In this document: positions 55,016 through 64,000 of the stretch, piece by piece
Layout: each line of letters opens with the position of its first letter
Position numbering within the stretch: position 1 is the first letter of the stretch
NCBI GenBank assembly: GCA_965205865.1
Contig: CBDBHR010000025.1
Location: 192,001 to 256,000 of the forward strand
From: a bacterium
Lineage (GTDB): Bacteria > SAR324 > NAC60-12
Direction of reading: 5' to 3'
DNA: 64,000 bases
The notes under the pieces: model-generated
The model's input: the letters and a program-made list of their open reading frames with translations, nothing else
The model's database searches: none
Told to the model about the DNA's origin: nothing
Position numbers and translations under genes: made by a program

Positions 55016-56071
55016 ATGAAAGCAGCAGTGACCACAGGAAAGTTACGTGAGATTACCCTGCAGGAAGTTCCCATACCCGAACTGCGACCGGGAAAAATAT
55101 TGTTGAAGACCGCTTATTGTTCGGTGTGCGGTACCGATTTGGAATACCTGGACAATACCCTGGCCTACCGCAAAGGGGGGGCATTGCACGCCGGGGCTAT
55201 TCTGGGACACGAGTATTCTGCCGTGGTCGCGGAGGTCGACGAGGGAGTAACGGGTTTTGAGGTAGGGGACCGGGTCACCGGCAGTGGGTTGTGGGACTAT
55301 TGTGGCGAATGTTACTTTTGCCGTCGGGGTATGGTGCGGATGTGTTTGGGCAAAGAGCATGAGCGCTCAGTATACACTCAGGTCCCTGAAGGGGGCTATG
55401 GCAACCGCAACGGCGCGATGGCAGAGTATATGCTGCGTTCGCCAAGTCAATTGATGAAGTTGCCGGACGAGGTGTCCGGTGTCGAAGGCAGCTTGATGGA
55501 ACCCCTTATGGTAGCCACGGGGTCAGTCCAGGCAGCGGAGCTCACCATCGGAGACACAGTAGTGGTGATCGGCACCGGAAAAATTGGCCTGGGAGTGATA
55601 GGCGTTGCCAAAGCCTCCGGCGCATCGAGAGTGATTGGCGTGGACGTTCATGCAAACCGCTTGCGGACGGCCTTGCGGATGGGGGCTGACGTAGTGCTGA
55701 ATCCGCAGAAAATCGATCTCGTCCCAGAGGTGGTGCGGATGACCGGCGCTGGCCCGGATGTGGTGATTATATGCGTGCGTGATAGCCAGGTGTTGGACAC
55801 TGCGGTGGACATGGTACGGCGTGGAGGTAAAATTGTCATTGTAGGGCAGATTCCGCCCACCGAGGTCAATCCGGGTATGTGGCTTGTCAAGAAGTTGCGG
55901 ATTGAGGCGGTGCTAGGGGGACCCCCATGGATTATTCCTCTGAATCTCGTTGCCAGTGGCCGAGTCGACCTCACCCCGATGATCTCCGAGGTGATTCCTC
56001 TGGCTGAGGTGCAGCGGGCATTTGATGATCTGTGGAGCGGAAAAAATGTTGTATCGATGCTGAAACCCTGA
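55016..56071 (+). CDS. Zinc-dependent medium-chain dehydrogenase
   Basis: CGTD, GHE, CGECYFC...C and GTGKIG. Confidence 0.92.
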   Translation: MKAAVTTGKLREITLQEVPIPELRPGKILLKTAYCSVCGTDLEYLDNTLAYRKGGALHAGAILGHEYSAVVAEVDEGVTGFEVGDRVTGSGLWDYCGECYFCRRGMVRMCLGKEHERSVYTQVPEGGYGNRNGAMAEYMLRSPSQLMKLPDEVSGVEGSLMEPLMVATGSVQAAELTIGDTVVVIGTGKIGLGVIGVAKASGASRVIGVDVHANRLRTALRMGADVVLNPQKIDLVPEVVRMTGAGPDVVIICVRDSQVLDTAVDMVRRGGKIVIVGQIPPTEVNPGMWLVKKLRIEAVLGGPPWIIPLNLVASGRVDLTPMISEVIPLAEVQRAFDDLWSGKNVVSMLKP

Positions 56072-56272
56072 ATGATGATAAATGCGCTTATGAAAATTCA
56101 CCTTTCAACTCTCTCGTCTCCAATTCTATCCTGCCGGATGCATTTGCCGATTTTTCAGTAAAGCTTCACGTTTAATAAACTCACTGAACTGATCGACAAA
56201 ACATCCGCTTGGCACCGGTTTCCTGGCGAAACCGCTGCCAGGATTTCCTCCTTTTTCGTACTCTCTTTGTCA

Positions 56273-56760
56273 TTATTTGCTCTGCCCAAATTTCCCTTCG
56301 ATGGGGATTCGATCGAGTTCATCCCGGCAGACAAGACGCCGGTTTCTCAGAATCTGTTGATGGTTTTCGGAAGTCGTTTCGAGTGGACGTCCGAGCAGAT
56401 GGCGGCCCAGCCATGTTCTCTTGGCTTTGCGCCAGGCGCGGTTGGCTTTGGTACGTTAACCTGAGTTCGACATAAATCTTCAATAATATGAGTATCCTCG
56501 TGTAAATGTCATCCTCGCGTAAATGTCATCCTCGCGAAAGCGGGGATCCAGACTTCAGTCTGGCTGCATATCTCCGGATTCCTGCTCCCTGCTTTCGCAG
56601 GGACAAGCTTCGCAGGAATGACAAGGTTTCTCTAAGATATGAAGATTCCATAACATATTGAATTTATTAAATTCTTATCTCGAAACCAGGTTACGTTAAA
56701 TCTTGTCGACGTACGCCGATTGAAGATAATGAGCGTGGCGTTTGCGAATTGATTGCCTCA
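56273..56760 (-). pseudogene. IS5-family transposase remnant split by a MITE
   Basis: With the MITE removed it reads HYLQSAYVDKI*RTKANRAW...LGRP...DRIPIEGKFGQSK. Confidence 0.75.
56459..56691. mobile_element. Composite MITE, copy 2
   Basis: TIR ACCTGAGTTCGACATAA / TTATCTCGAAACCAGGT; target duplication TACGTTA. Confidence 0.88.
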
Positions 56761-56945
56761 AACTCCTGAGGGTTCCCGACCGATCGATTAAACGATAACG
56801 CCGGATTGTGGATCGAACGTTCGCCAACGTATTTATTCCCCAATAGCTCCTTTCGCTTTATCCCTATCATAAAGGAGCGAATCTCCCTGATTCATGGATT
56901 TTTTATTTTTTTTTGCCAATCTCGCATTTATTTTACACCAGGGGT

Positions 56946-56974
56946 TTGACATTGCGTAGTAGTAGTGCTAGAAT
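56946..56974 (+). promoter_or_regulatory. Sigma70-type promoter
   Basis: TTGACA-17 nt-TAGAAT with extended -10 TG. Confidence 0.7.
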
Positions 56975-57006
56975 CATGCTTTCACTAAGTTGTTTTGGTG
57001 AAAGAC

Positions 57007-57118
57007 GAGGGTTGCCGCTCGATCGATTGAACAATATCGTGGGAGGGTTGCCGCTCGATCGATTGAACAATATCGTGGGAGGGTTGCCGCTCGATCGATT
57101 GAACAATATCGTGGGAGG
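57007..57118 (+). repeat. Three perfect 36-bp tandem repeats, no spacers
   Basis: GAGGGTTGCCGCTCGATCGATTGAACAATATCGTGG at 57007, 57043 and 57079. Confidence 0.97.
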
Positions 57119-57234
57119 ACTTGAAAACGATTGATCTTCCCTGGGAATCTTTTTTAACGATATTTAACTAAACGGGTTTTTCAGAGACCTGAATAGTTAC
57201 ACTTCACGTTAACAAATCATATAAGGAGGTAGTT

Positions 57235-59204
57235 ATGAAACGAAAATTATCTTTATCAAGCGAGGTTCCTATGTATCTTAAGAAATTTCTGACCCTCTTG
57301 GTAGGGTTGATCGTGGCAGACGTCATGTCTGCCGCAAAAATTCGATTCGCCACGGAGTGGGTGAATCGATCTCGTCACTCTCAATTAAAAGAGGTTATTA
57401 TGTATATGATAAAGAAACTTGTCTCCCCCGTCGTGGGGCTAACCCCGGCAGGCGCCTGGTCTGCTGCAAAAACGCAATCCTTTTTGCTCACCCTAACCCT
57501 GATGGTGGTAGCCATCTGGGTCAGCCCGGCCGTGGCGGCTGAGAAAATGATGGTCACAGACCCCAGCACCGGCAAGGTGGTGACTGCGCCGGAGTATGGC
57601 GGGACCATCACCTTTGCCCGGACTACGACGGGTGAGCATCCGGATGCCTGGTACATTGGTGGTTTTGCCTACCATTACATCACTTTGGTTAATGAGAAGC
57701 TAGGCATCGGGGACTGGGGTATAGATAGGGACGTATTTGACTGGAGGACCTCTGCCCAACCTCTATCTTTCTTTAAAGGCCACCTGGCTGAAAGCTGGGA
57801 AACGCCCGATCCTACAACGATCATCTTCCATATCCGCCAGGGCGTTCACTGGCACGACAAAGCCCCCTTGAATGGCAGAGCCTTGACGGCCCAGGATATC
57901 GAGTTCAACATCATCGCCTCTTGGGTATCGGCAGCGGCTTCAGCGAAGCCTCGCCGCACGCCCGTTATGCGCTGACCAAGATGGCATCCGTGACAGCCAC
58001 CGACCAAGGGACGGTTGTTTTCAAGCTGAAGGAGATAGACCTTAACGGTCTGGCTAAAATCATCGACGGCTGGATTTCTTGTATCTACCCTCCGGAGGTC
58101 ATCAAGCAACACGGCGACTATAAGGATTGGCGGAACGTGGTCGGCACCGGACCCTATGAGCTGACGGACGTTACCGAAGGCAGCTCGATAACCTGGACCA
58201 GGAATCCCGAGTACTGGGGCACCGACGAAAAATACCCACAGAACCGCTTGCCCTATGCTGACCAGATCAAAACCTTGATCCTGCCAGATCCGGCAACACG
58301 TCTGGCGACACTGCGCTCGGGTCGGATTGATCTGCTGGGGTCTGCCGGCGATACTCAATTACGGTCGCTCGACCAGATAGAGAACCTTCGGAAGACCAAC
58401 CCCGAATTCGAGCTGTGGCCGTTTAAGTCTCGGAACGACAACAGTTTTACTTACAATAATGTGAACAACCCGCCCTTTAATGACATCCGGGTGCGCCAGG
58501 CGATGCAGATGGCTTTGGATCGAGAGACGATCGCGAACACCTACTTCAGGGGGTTTGCCGATCCGACCCCGCAGGGAATGATAGCCAGTGAGGTAAAAGG
58601 GATTGGCACGCCCTTTGATGAGTGGCCCGAAGCGCTCAAGAAAACCAATAGGTATGACCCGGAAGGGGCGAAGAAGCTTCTGGCTGAGGCGGGCTATCCC
58701 GATGGCTTCAAGGCCACCCTGGACTACCTCGACCGGTTCGATGCGAGTTATGCAGAACTGATCGCGGCCTACTGGCGTGCGATTGGCGTGGAGGTCCGGA
58801 TAGAAATTGTGGATGTTGCGCGACACGTATCGCTCACTAAAAATAATAGTTCCGACGGAATAGTTATGGGTTCAACTGCCCAAAGGGTTAATGCGATGGG
58901 TGCACTGAATTGGTTCGCTCTCACCGAGAACCCCACCGCTCAGAACGATCCGAAATTTATCGCTCTGGTGGAGGCCGCCTCCGCTGCTACCACCCTCGAG
59001 GAGCAGGAGAGGATCCTCAAAGAGGCAGTCATGTACCATGCCGAACAGCACTGGCAGGTAGAGGGTCCCGAAGCCCCACAGTTCAATGCAACCCAGCCGT
59101 GGGTCAAAGGTTACAACGGCGAAATCAACTTAGGAAACGGGAACCATGCCGTCTTAGCCCGCCTTTGGATCGACCAGGATCTGAAGAAAGAAATGGGGTA
59201 TTAG
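57235..59204 (+). pseudogene. ABC transporter substrate-binding protein (family 5), single frameshift near 57910
   Basis: PEYGG, LAESWE, IRQGVHWH, VGTGPY, PFNDIRVRQAM and YDPEGAKKLLAEAGYPDGF. One added T restores EFNYHRLLGIG; may be a sequencing error. Confidence 0.85.
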
Positions 59205-59306
59205 GGGTTTTCACCCTGACTGACCTCAGGGAAAAGGGGGCTGGCAGACTTGAACTTCCCGGCTCCCTTACTCATTGAATCATGAGAGGAGGAGATTCTG
59301 TCCTAA

Positions 59307-59404
59307 TAGACTTCCAGAAAATTATCTTGGCAGTAGGTGGGCGTCCCGCCCATCTGGAGCGGCGGGACGCTGCCTCTACCCCAAATTATTTTTCTGGAAT
59401 ACTA
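59307..59404. mobile_element. Small MITE enclosing a GTAG REP doublet
   Basis: TAGACTTCCAGAAAATTAT ... ATTATTTTTCTGGAATACTA; inner GTAGGTGGGCGTCCCGCC / GGCGGGACGCTGCCTCTAC. Confidence 0.7.
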
Positions 59405-59622
59405 TAAGTACAAGGACAACCTCTATCTAGGGCTCAAGACATTCCGGAAGCAATGGAGACGGCAATGGCCCTCCCCTCTTCCAGGGTTCGTCGATGTCGT
59501 ACAGAATCACACTGAGCATATCCTCAACGAGCATAATCCGGAGCCCAAAACATCCGGTGACTATAGGTTCCACTGATTTAAGAACCTCTTCCGAGGTCTA
59601 TTTCGATACTCATACAGGTCGT

Positions 59623-59965
59623 AAAGGGGTCAGGCCTTTGATTAATTGATTTAATTGTGTTTTGTTAAATTCTAAGGTTAGAATAGTTACAGACTCGAGA
59701 GCAACCGAGGGGAAAAATGGCAAGAAAACGAAGAGTTCATTATCCTGGAGCGGTCTATCATGTGGTGCTTCGTGGCAATGGGGGGCAGGGCATTTTTTTG
59801 ATGATGATGATCGATTTTATTTTGGAGAATCGCCAAGGGGAAAGAGAGGAAACTCTCCAAAATACTCCGCTTGAGCGAAGCGAAAGTCGAGCCTCAACGA
59901 GAGAGCTTGCTCCGGGATAGTTTATTTGAAGAATGAAACGTCAAATGAAATAATCAAAGTCACCG
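59623..59965 (+). pseudogene. Internally deleted Y1/HUH (RAYT-like) transposase element
   Basis: MARKRRVHYPGAVYHVVLRGN at 59717, then frameshifted FFDDDDR. Flanks AAAGGGGTCAGGCCTTTGATTA and TAATCAAAGTCACC are partly inverted. Confidence 0.75.
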
Positions 59966-60008
59966 TAAAGAACTGACTTATAGTGGTTTCCAGCCACCTT
60001 TCGTCATT

Positions 60009-60368
60009 CCTCCGGTACAGATCCGGACCTGCGCTGCTAACGCATCCGGCTCCTGCTTCGAGTCAGACGCTCAAACGTTGCCGTTTGGCGCACCCTGCTT
60101 AAACCGCTTTCTGATTTTACGGCCTCTGAGTTCCGAACACAGGAGGACAAGCAGAATTCCTCTCAGCCAAGTCCCTTTGCTCCACAGGCTCCGTTGATTT
60201 CCTTTGCATTATTACTCTCTACAAATGATCTCATTGTTCGCCGCTTCATCGCTACTACGAACTTGTCCGACTTCCTGAAGACGTAGATATCGGGGTTATT
60301 TATTAATTTTCCCGATCCGACTACCAATAGAATGTTGACAGTCGTCTTCAGGATCTCCCAGGTTCCGA
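60009..60368 (-). mobile_element. ORF-less, end-truncated group II intron remnant
   Basis: Domain V GAGCCGGATGCGTTAGCAGCGCAGGTCCGGATC (60052-60020). Upstream motifs GGAACCTGGGAGATCC, GAAGTCGGAC..CGTAGTAGCGATGAAG and GTGGAGCAAAGGG. Confidence 0.8.
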
Positions 60369-60814
60369 TGGTCTTGGAGAGCCGGGAAGAATTGGCAGAA
60401 AAAATACCGCAATGGAAAGCCACTCTGGAGACGTTGGATTCCCCGGAGTCCGAAAAGAGGCATTTGAGAGAATTGTTAACCTATGCTATTGTAGAGAAGT
60501 TTTCTAAACTGACGAGAGAGGAGATAGAGAAGATGCTCAAACTGACCCCATTAGACGAAACCGTCGCCGGAAAAGAACTGATCCAAATCGGAAAATCACA
60601 AGGTTTGCAAGAAGGTCGAGAAGAAGCTCTGGAAAAAGGTCGAAAAAAAGGTCTGTAAAAAGGTCGAGAAGAAGGGATACTGATTGGTCAAATCCACATG
60701 ACTCAAAACCTTCTCAAACAAGAGAGGACTCCTCAAGAAGAGTTGATTCGAAAAAGGAAAGAAGAGTTACAAAGCCTGCTTCAACAGCTTCAATCTCAAC
60801 TCAATCGCTCCTAA
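60369..60814 (+). pseudogene. C-terminal fragment of an Rpn/YhgA-like protein with in-frame stop
   Basis: LTREEIEKML, ETVAGKELIQIG and EG repeats; TAA at 60656, then the frame continues to 60814. Confidence 0.7.
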
Positions 60815-61243
60815 AAAGTGAGCCATCCTTCGACAAAAGGAAGAACGATTTTCAATCTTGATCAAATGGTTCTCCTTTCAAAATGGTCACGGGATGAAGG
60901 CGCATCACGGAGTATTTGACCTCCTCCCTCGGGTGCTCCAGGAAAGCAAAGAGGGTTTCCCTGGTGGAAATGGTTTCCTCATCCGCTGCTTTTTCTTCCT
61001 TGGTAAGGCGCTGAGTTCAATTTGGTGAGGGGATGCCTTTTTGGAGAGAATCGTTGATTTTGAGAAAATTTGTCTATTCTGTCGAGTTTTTCTGCGGTGC
61101 CAATCGCAAAGTTCAGGCTTGTGAGGGGGAAGGCAAACAAGTCGCGGCCTTCATCAGGGCCTCTTGTTTTTCACAAGAGGGCCAACGATCAAAATAGGCC
61201 TTGACCCCTTCTGAGGTCTCAAAGAGGGTTAAAGAATTTCTGC

Positions 61244-61372
61244 TTGTCTTTCGTTTTCTTTTGTGATAGTTCTCGAGAAATCGTCTTTACCTGAAGGTTT
61301 TTCAAAATGGCTGATTGTCTTTCGTTTTCTTTTGTGATAGTTCTTGAGAAATCGTCTTTGCCTGAAGGTTTT
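61244..61372 (+). repeat. Two about 58-bp direct repeats, 71 bp period
   Basis: TTGTCTTTCGTTTTCTTTTGTGATAGTTCT(C/T)GAGAAATCGTCTTT(A/G)CCTGAAGGTTTT. Confidence 0.9.
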
Positions 61373-61514
61373 ATTTCAATTTCGCTAATATTAATTTAGC
61401 CGAAAGTCATGTAAAACATCATATCATCACCAGAGGATTTTTAGAAACTGTCAACTGGGAATTGAAAAGTGCCGGATATTCTTAAAAAAACATATTGACT
61501 TACTTTTCTAGATA

Positions 61515-63369
61515 GACCCTAGCCGAAAAGGGTTTCGAAAATAGTAAATATAACCGATTGGATTCTATTTGATTCTCTATTTGATTCAATATGACGAGAA
61601 AACGATTTATTTTTGTTTTTTATTCGCCCACAGCACAGTTTTTATAGGGAAAAAATCTTTTTTGGACATACTTTCCTCGCCCCTGCTCATATTTCACACT
61701 CCCCCATTGAATATTCAGGCCGCTTGTTTGAGTTGTCTTTTTTTCAACTCAATCATTTTGCAAAAATTATAGGTTAATGCTTTTTCCAGCAACTCTGCCC
61801 GAACGTTTTCAATCCCTCTGCGCATAACTTGTCCGAAATGGAAACGATGCTTAAGATGAAACATCAACGACTCTGCAGCAGATCTTCCATTTCGTGATTC
61901 CAAATAGATTTCACTTTCCCATTCTTCAATCGGGGTCATCTTTTTTCCCTTTGCCCCACTAATACTAAAAACCTTAACGCCTTTGCCCATCCACTTTTCT
62001 CTGATCGCCTGATTGGCATATCCATCATCAAGGCTCACTTCAGAGGGAATGGTGATGGTGCATCGCAAATGTTCAACAAGGGCAGGGTCGAGTTGCCCTG
62101 AATCAGCAGCATTGCCCTCCGGAGTAATTAACACGGAAATAAAACCATTTCCGCTCCTTCCTAATTGAGGCTTATATCCGATAAGCGCTTCTCGATCTCC
62201 CTTTTGAATATAAGCCGAACTCTGATCGGAAAGACTCAATACTTTCTCAGTAGAAGGAACCTTCTTTTCTTCAAAAACTCTTTGATGACAGTAGATGATT
62301 ACCCGTTGCAAATTAGAAATATCTTCATTCATCATTTCAATGAGGCGAATCAAACGCGTTTTCCGAGAAGGGGGGAGAAGAGCTTTTTGGGCACGGATAT
62401 CCACCTTTGCCATTTCTTTTAAAAATTTCCCATGAGCGCTTTGAGCTTTCTTCAATAGGGTTTTGTAATGTTTTTTTCGCTTCGTTTTACTGTCCTTTTT
62501 ACCTGTCTCAAAAGCAATCATCTTAGAGAGCTTATTCATCTCCTTGATGAGGAAATCAAAATTTCTTTCACTGATCTCAGCGATTCCAAATGTATCAAGG
62601 GAACGCCCTCGATGGTAGCTTCGCTCCACGAGACGAGTCAATATCGACGAATCAGTAGGCCAAGCTGTATTTCCTTTTACAGAGGTGCTATCCAGTTTTA
62701 AAATATCAAAATCGTCCAACTCTTCATTGAGAACCATTCGAATTTGAGCATCGAAAATAAACTGTCTGGTCTCGTTGCTGACAGCATTGACATTATCAAG
62801 GATTGTACTCGCTCCCGGCATTTTCAATCCACGGTTGAGCAGAAGCAGATGCAGTGTGATTGACTCTGAAAGAAATATTTGGGCCGTTTGGGATTTGATA
62901 CTTCCTAAGTATCCCCGAATCATCATAAAAAGGTAGACTAAAAAAGCCGACATCCGAGGACACCCTATTTCCAGCCTCAGTTCTTCCGGCTTCAATTCCT
63001 CATCTTCTACGGGAAGATGAGGAAGCCATGGATTCCGGGCTTCCTGCCATCGTTTATCCTCTAAACGCTCTTTCTTTTTATTTCTTGCGTATTTCTCCAA
63101 ATCCTGTTCAATTTTGTCCAATATCTCCGGCTCTCGCTCAGACAATTGATCAAGTTCTGATAAGAAATTTTCAAATTCTGTATCAGGAGCGCTTAAAAAA
63201 AGATGTTTTTCTGCTCGAATGAATGGTTTCATTTTGGGTGCCATAATTCTTAATATTGAAGTTATTCACAGTTATTTCAATGAATTATGGCACTTTTTAA
63301 CCTCAAGATATAATTCTAAAAAATACCTTTTTAAAGATATAATTCTAAAAAATACCTTTTCGGCTAGGA
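61515..63369 (-). mobile_element. IS5-like element, copy 2
   Basis: Same inverted repeats as copy 1; 23-nt subterminal duplication; no matching target duplication. Confidence 0.92.
61715..63244 (-). CDS. DDE transposase (IS5-like)
   Basis: Identical to 14334..15863 except K/E in GIA(K/E)ISE. Confidence 0.92.
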   Translation of the reverse strand: MAPKMKPFIRAEKHLFLSAPDTEFENFLSELDQLSEREPEILDKIEQDLEKYARNKKKERLEDKRWQEARNPWLPHLPVEDEELKPEELRLEIGCPRMSAFLVYLFMMIRGYLGSIKSQTAQIFLSESITLHLLLLNRGLKMPGASTILDNVNAVSNETRQFIFDAQIRMVLNEELDDFDILKLDSTSVKGNTAWPTDSSILTRLVERSYHRGRSLDTFGIAEISERNFDFLIKEMNKLSKMIAFETGKKDSKTKRKKHYKTLLKKAQSAHGKFLKEMAKVDIRAQKALLPPSRKTRLIRLIEMMNEDISNLQRVIIYCHQRVFEEKKVPSTEKVLSLSDQSSAYIQKGDREALIGYKPQLGRSGNGFISVLITPEGNAADSGQLDPALVEHLRCTITIPSEVSLDDGYANQAIREKWMGKGVKVFSISGAKGKKMTPIEEWESEIYLESRNGRSAAESLMFHLKHRFHFGQVMRRGIENVRAELLEKALTYNFCKMIELKKRQLKQAA

Positions 63370-63417
63370 CTCAAATAGTTAACACCAGAATCAACATTTT
63401 AAGAGATCACCATTACC

Positions 63418-64000
63418 ATGAAAAACAAAGGTAGCGCAAGATCGGCAAGAACGACAGCAAAAAACATCCATATCAGCCAGGGAGGCAGAGACCTGACCGC
63501 GCAAGCAGGCTTGATTCCGGTTGTCAAATTTTTTCACAAAGAAGGGATTGTTTCAAAGACAGAGCAGACCGTAGATCATCGGCGTGGCGCCACGGGTCTT
63601 TATGACGCGGTGGACATGGTCATTTTGTCGGTGGTCGGCATTGTTGGTGGCGCCCGTTCGATTCGTTCGATTGTGACAGTTTGGAACGACCGTGTTTTGA
63701 GTCGTGTGGCCGGTTGGCTGAGGATTCCGGATGAAACCACATTCGGCCGGATACTGCGTACTTTCACACAGAAAAACATCAATGAGATGGAGAGCTTGAA
63801 CCATCGGATTCGAGCCGGTATCTGGCGTAAGGCGCTTCGAAGTGGGACAAGCATCGTTGGGGTGTTACACTGTCTTGTGATTGACGTGGACTCCACTGTG
63901 AAAACGGCCTACGGCAAGCAGCAAGGAGTGTCTGTCGGATATAATCCCCACAAACGCGGTGCAGCTTCGTATCATCCTCTGCTGGCATTTTGCGCAGAGA
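63418..64000 (+). CDS. IS1380-family transposase, runs off the window
   Basis: Open frame with LTAQAGL, IPDETTFGR and IDVDSTVKTAYGKQQG..GYNPHKRG..SYHPLLAF; absent from the ORF track because it has no stop. Confidence 0.9.
   Translation, partial: MKNKGSARSARTTAKNIHISQGGRDLTAQAGLIPVVKFFHKEGIVSKTEQTVDHRRGATGLYDAVDMVILSVVGIVGGARSIRSIVTVWNDRVLSRVAGWLRIPDETTFGRILRTFTQKNINEMESLNHRIRAGIWRKALRSGTSIVGVLHCLVIDVDSTVKTAYGKQQGVSVGYNPHKRGAASYHPLLAFCAE

Noticed and set aside
57007-57118. CRISPR array (36-bp repeat containing GTTG...ATTGAAC)
   Set aside because: Units are head-to-tail with no unique spacers, and there are no cas genes in the window.

Overview
Bacterial chromosomal window; the core genes look deltaproteobacterial (tentative inference). 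It has four zones. (1) 1-3.4 kb: CoA-transferase, ggt, tRNA-Sec (selC) and dgkA. (2) 3.4-29.7 kb: a type I restriction-modification defence hotspot. A decayed first cassette (hsdM pseudogene, small ORF, HEPN gene, MNT-hsdS pseudogene) precedes a largely intact one: hsdM, Schlafen/AlbA-ATPase gene, HEPN gene, MNT-TRD1-DUF559-TRD2 hsdS fusion, about 12.6 kb of defence cargo, then hsdR. The cargo comprises an IS-broken Dsr1-like sirtuin, an NDT/TIR-like gene, a second SIR2 gene and a Menshen-like trio. Fossil hsdS 3' and hsdR 5' ends lie between the cargo blocks, and both hsdM and hsdS carry in-frame C/G-rich palindromic repeats. (3) 29.8-54.9 kb: housekeeping genes (ferredoxin-NADP reductase, trpBA, rhomboid, leuB, kdsA, hisJ-type PHP, etfBA plus a membrane Fe-S oxidoreductase, rimP-nusA-infB-rbfA-truB-rpsO-pnp, tmRNA). 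This zone also hides a UxxC thioredoxin-like selenoprotein with a SECIS-like hairpin, and several MITE/REP elements. (4) 54.9-64 kb: an accessory/decay zone after ssrA with a Zn-dehydrogenase, a frameshifted ABC substrate-binding gene, IS5, RAYT, Rpn and group II intron remnants, a second IS5-like copy and an IS1380 transposase. All calls come from motif reading only; no searches were run.
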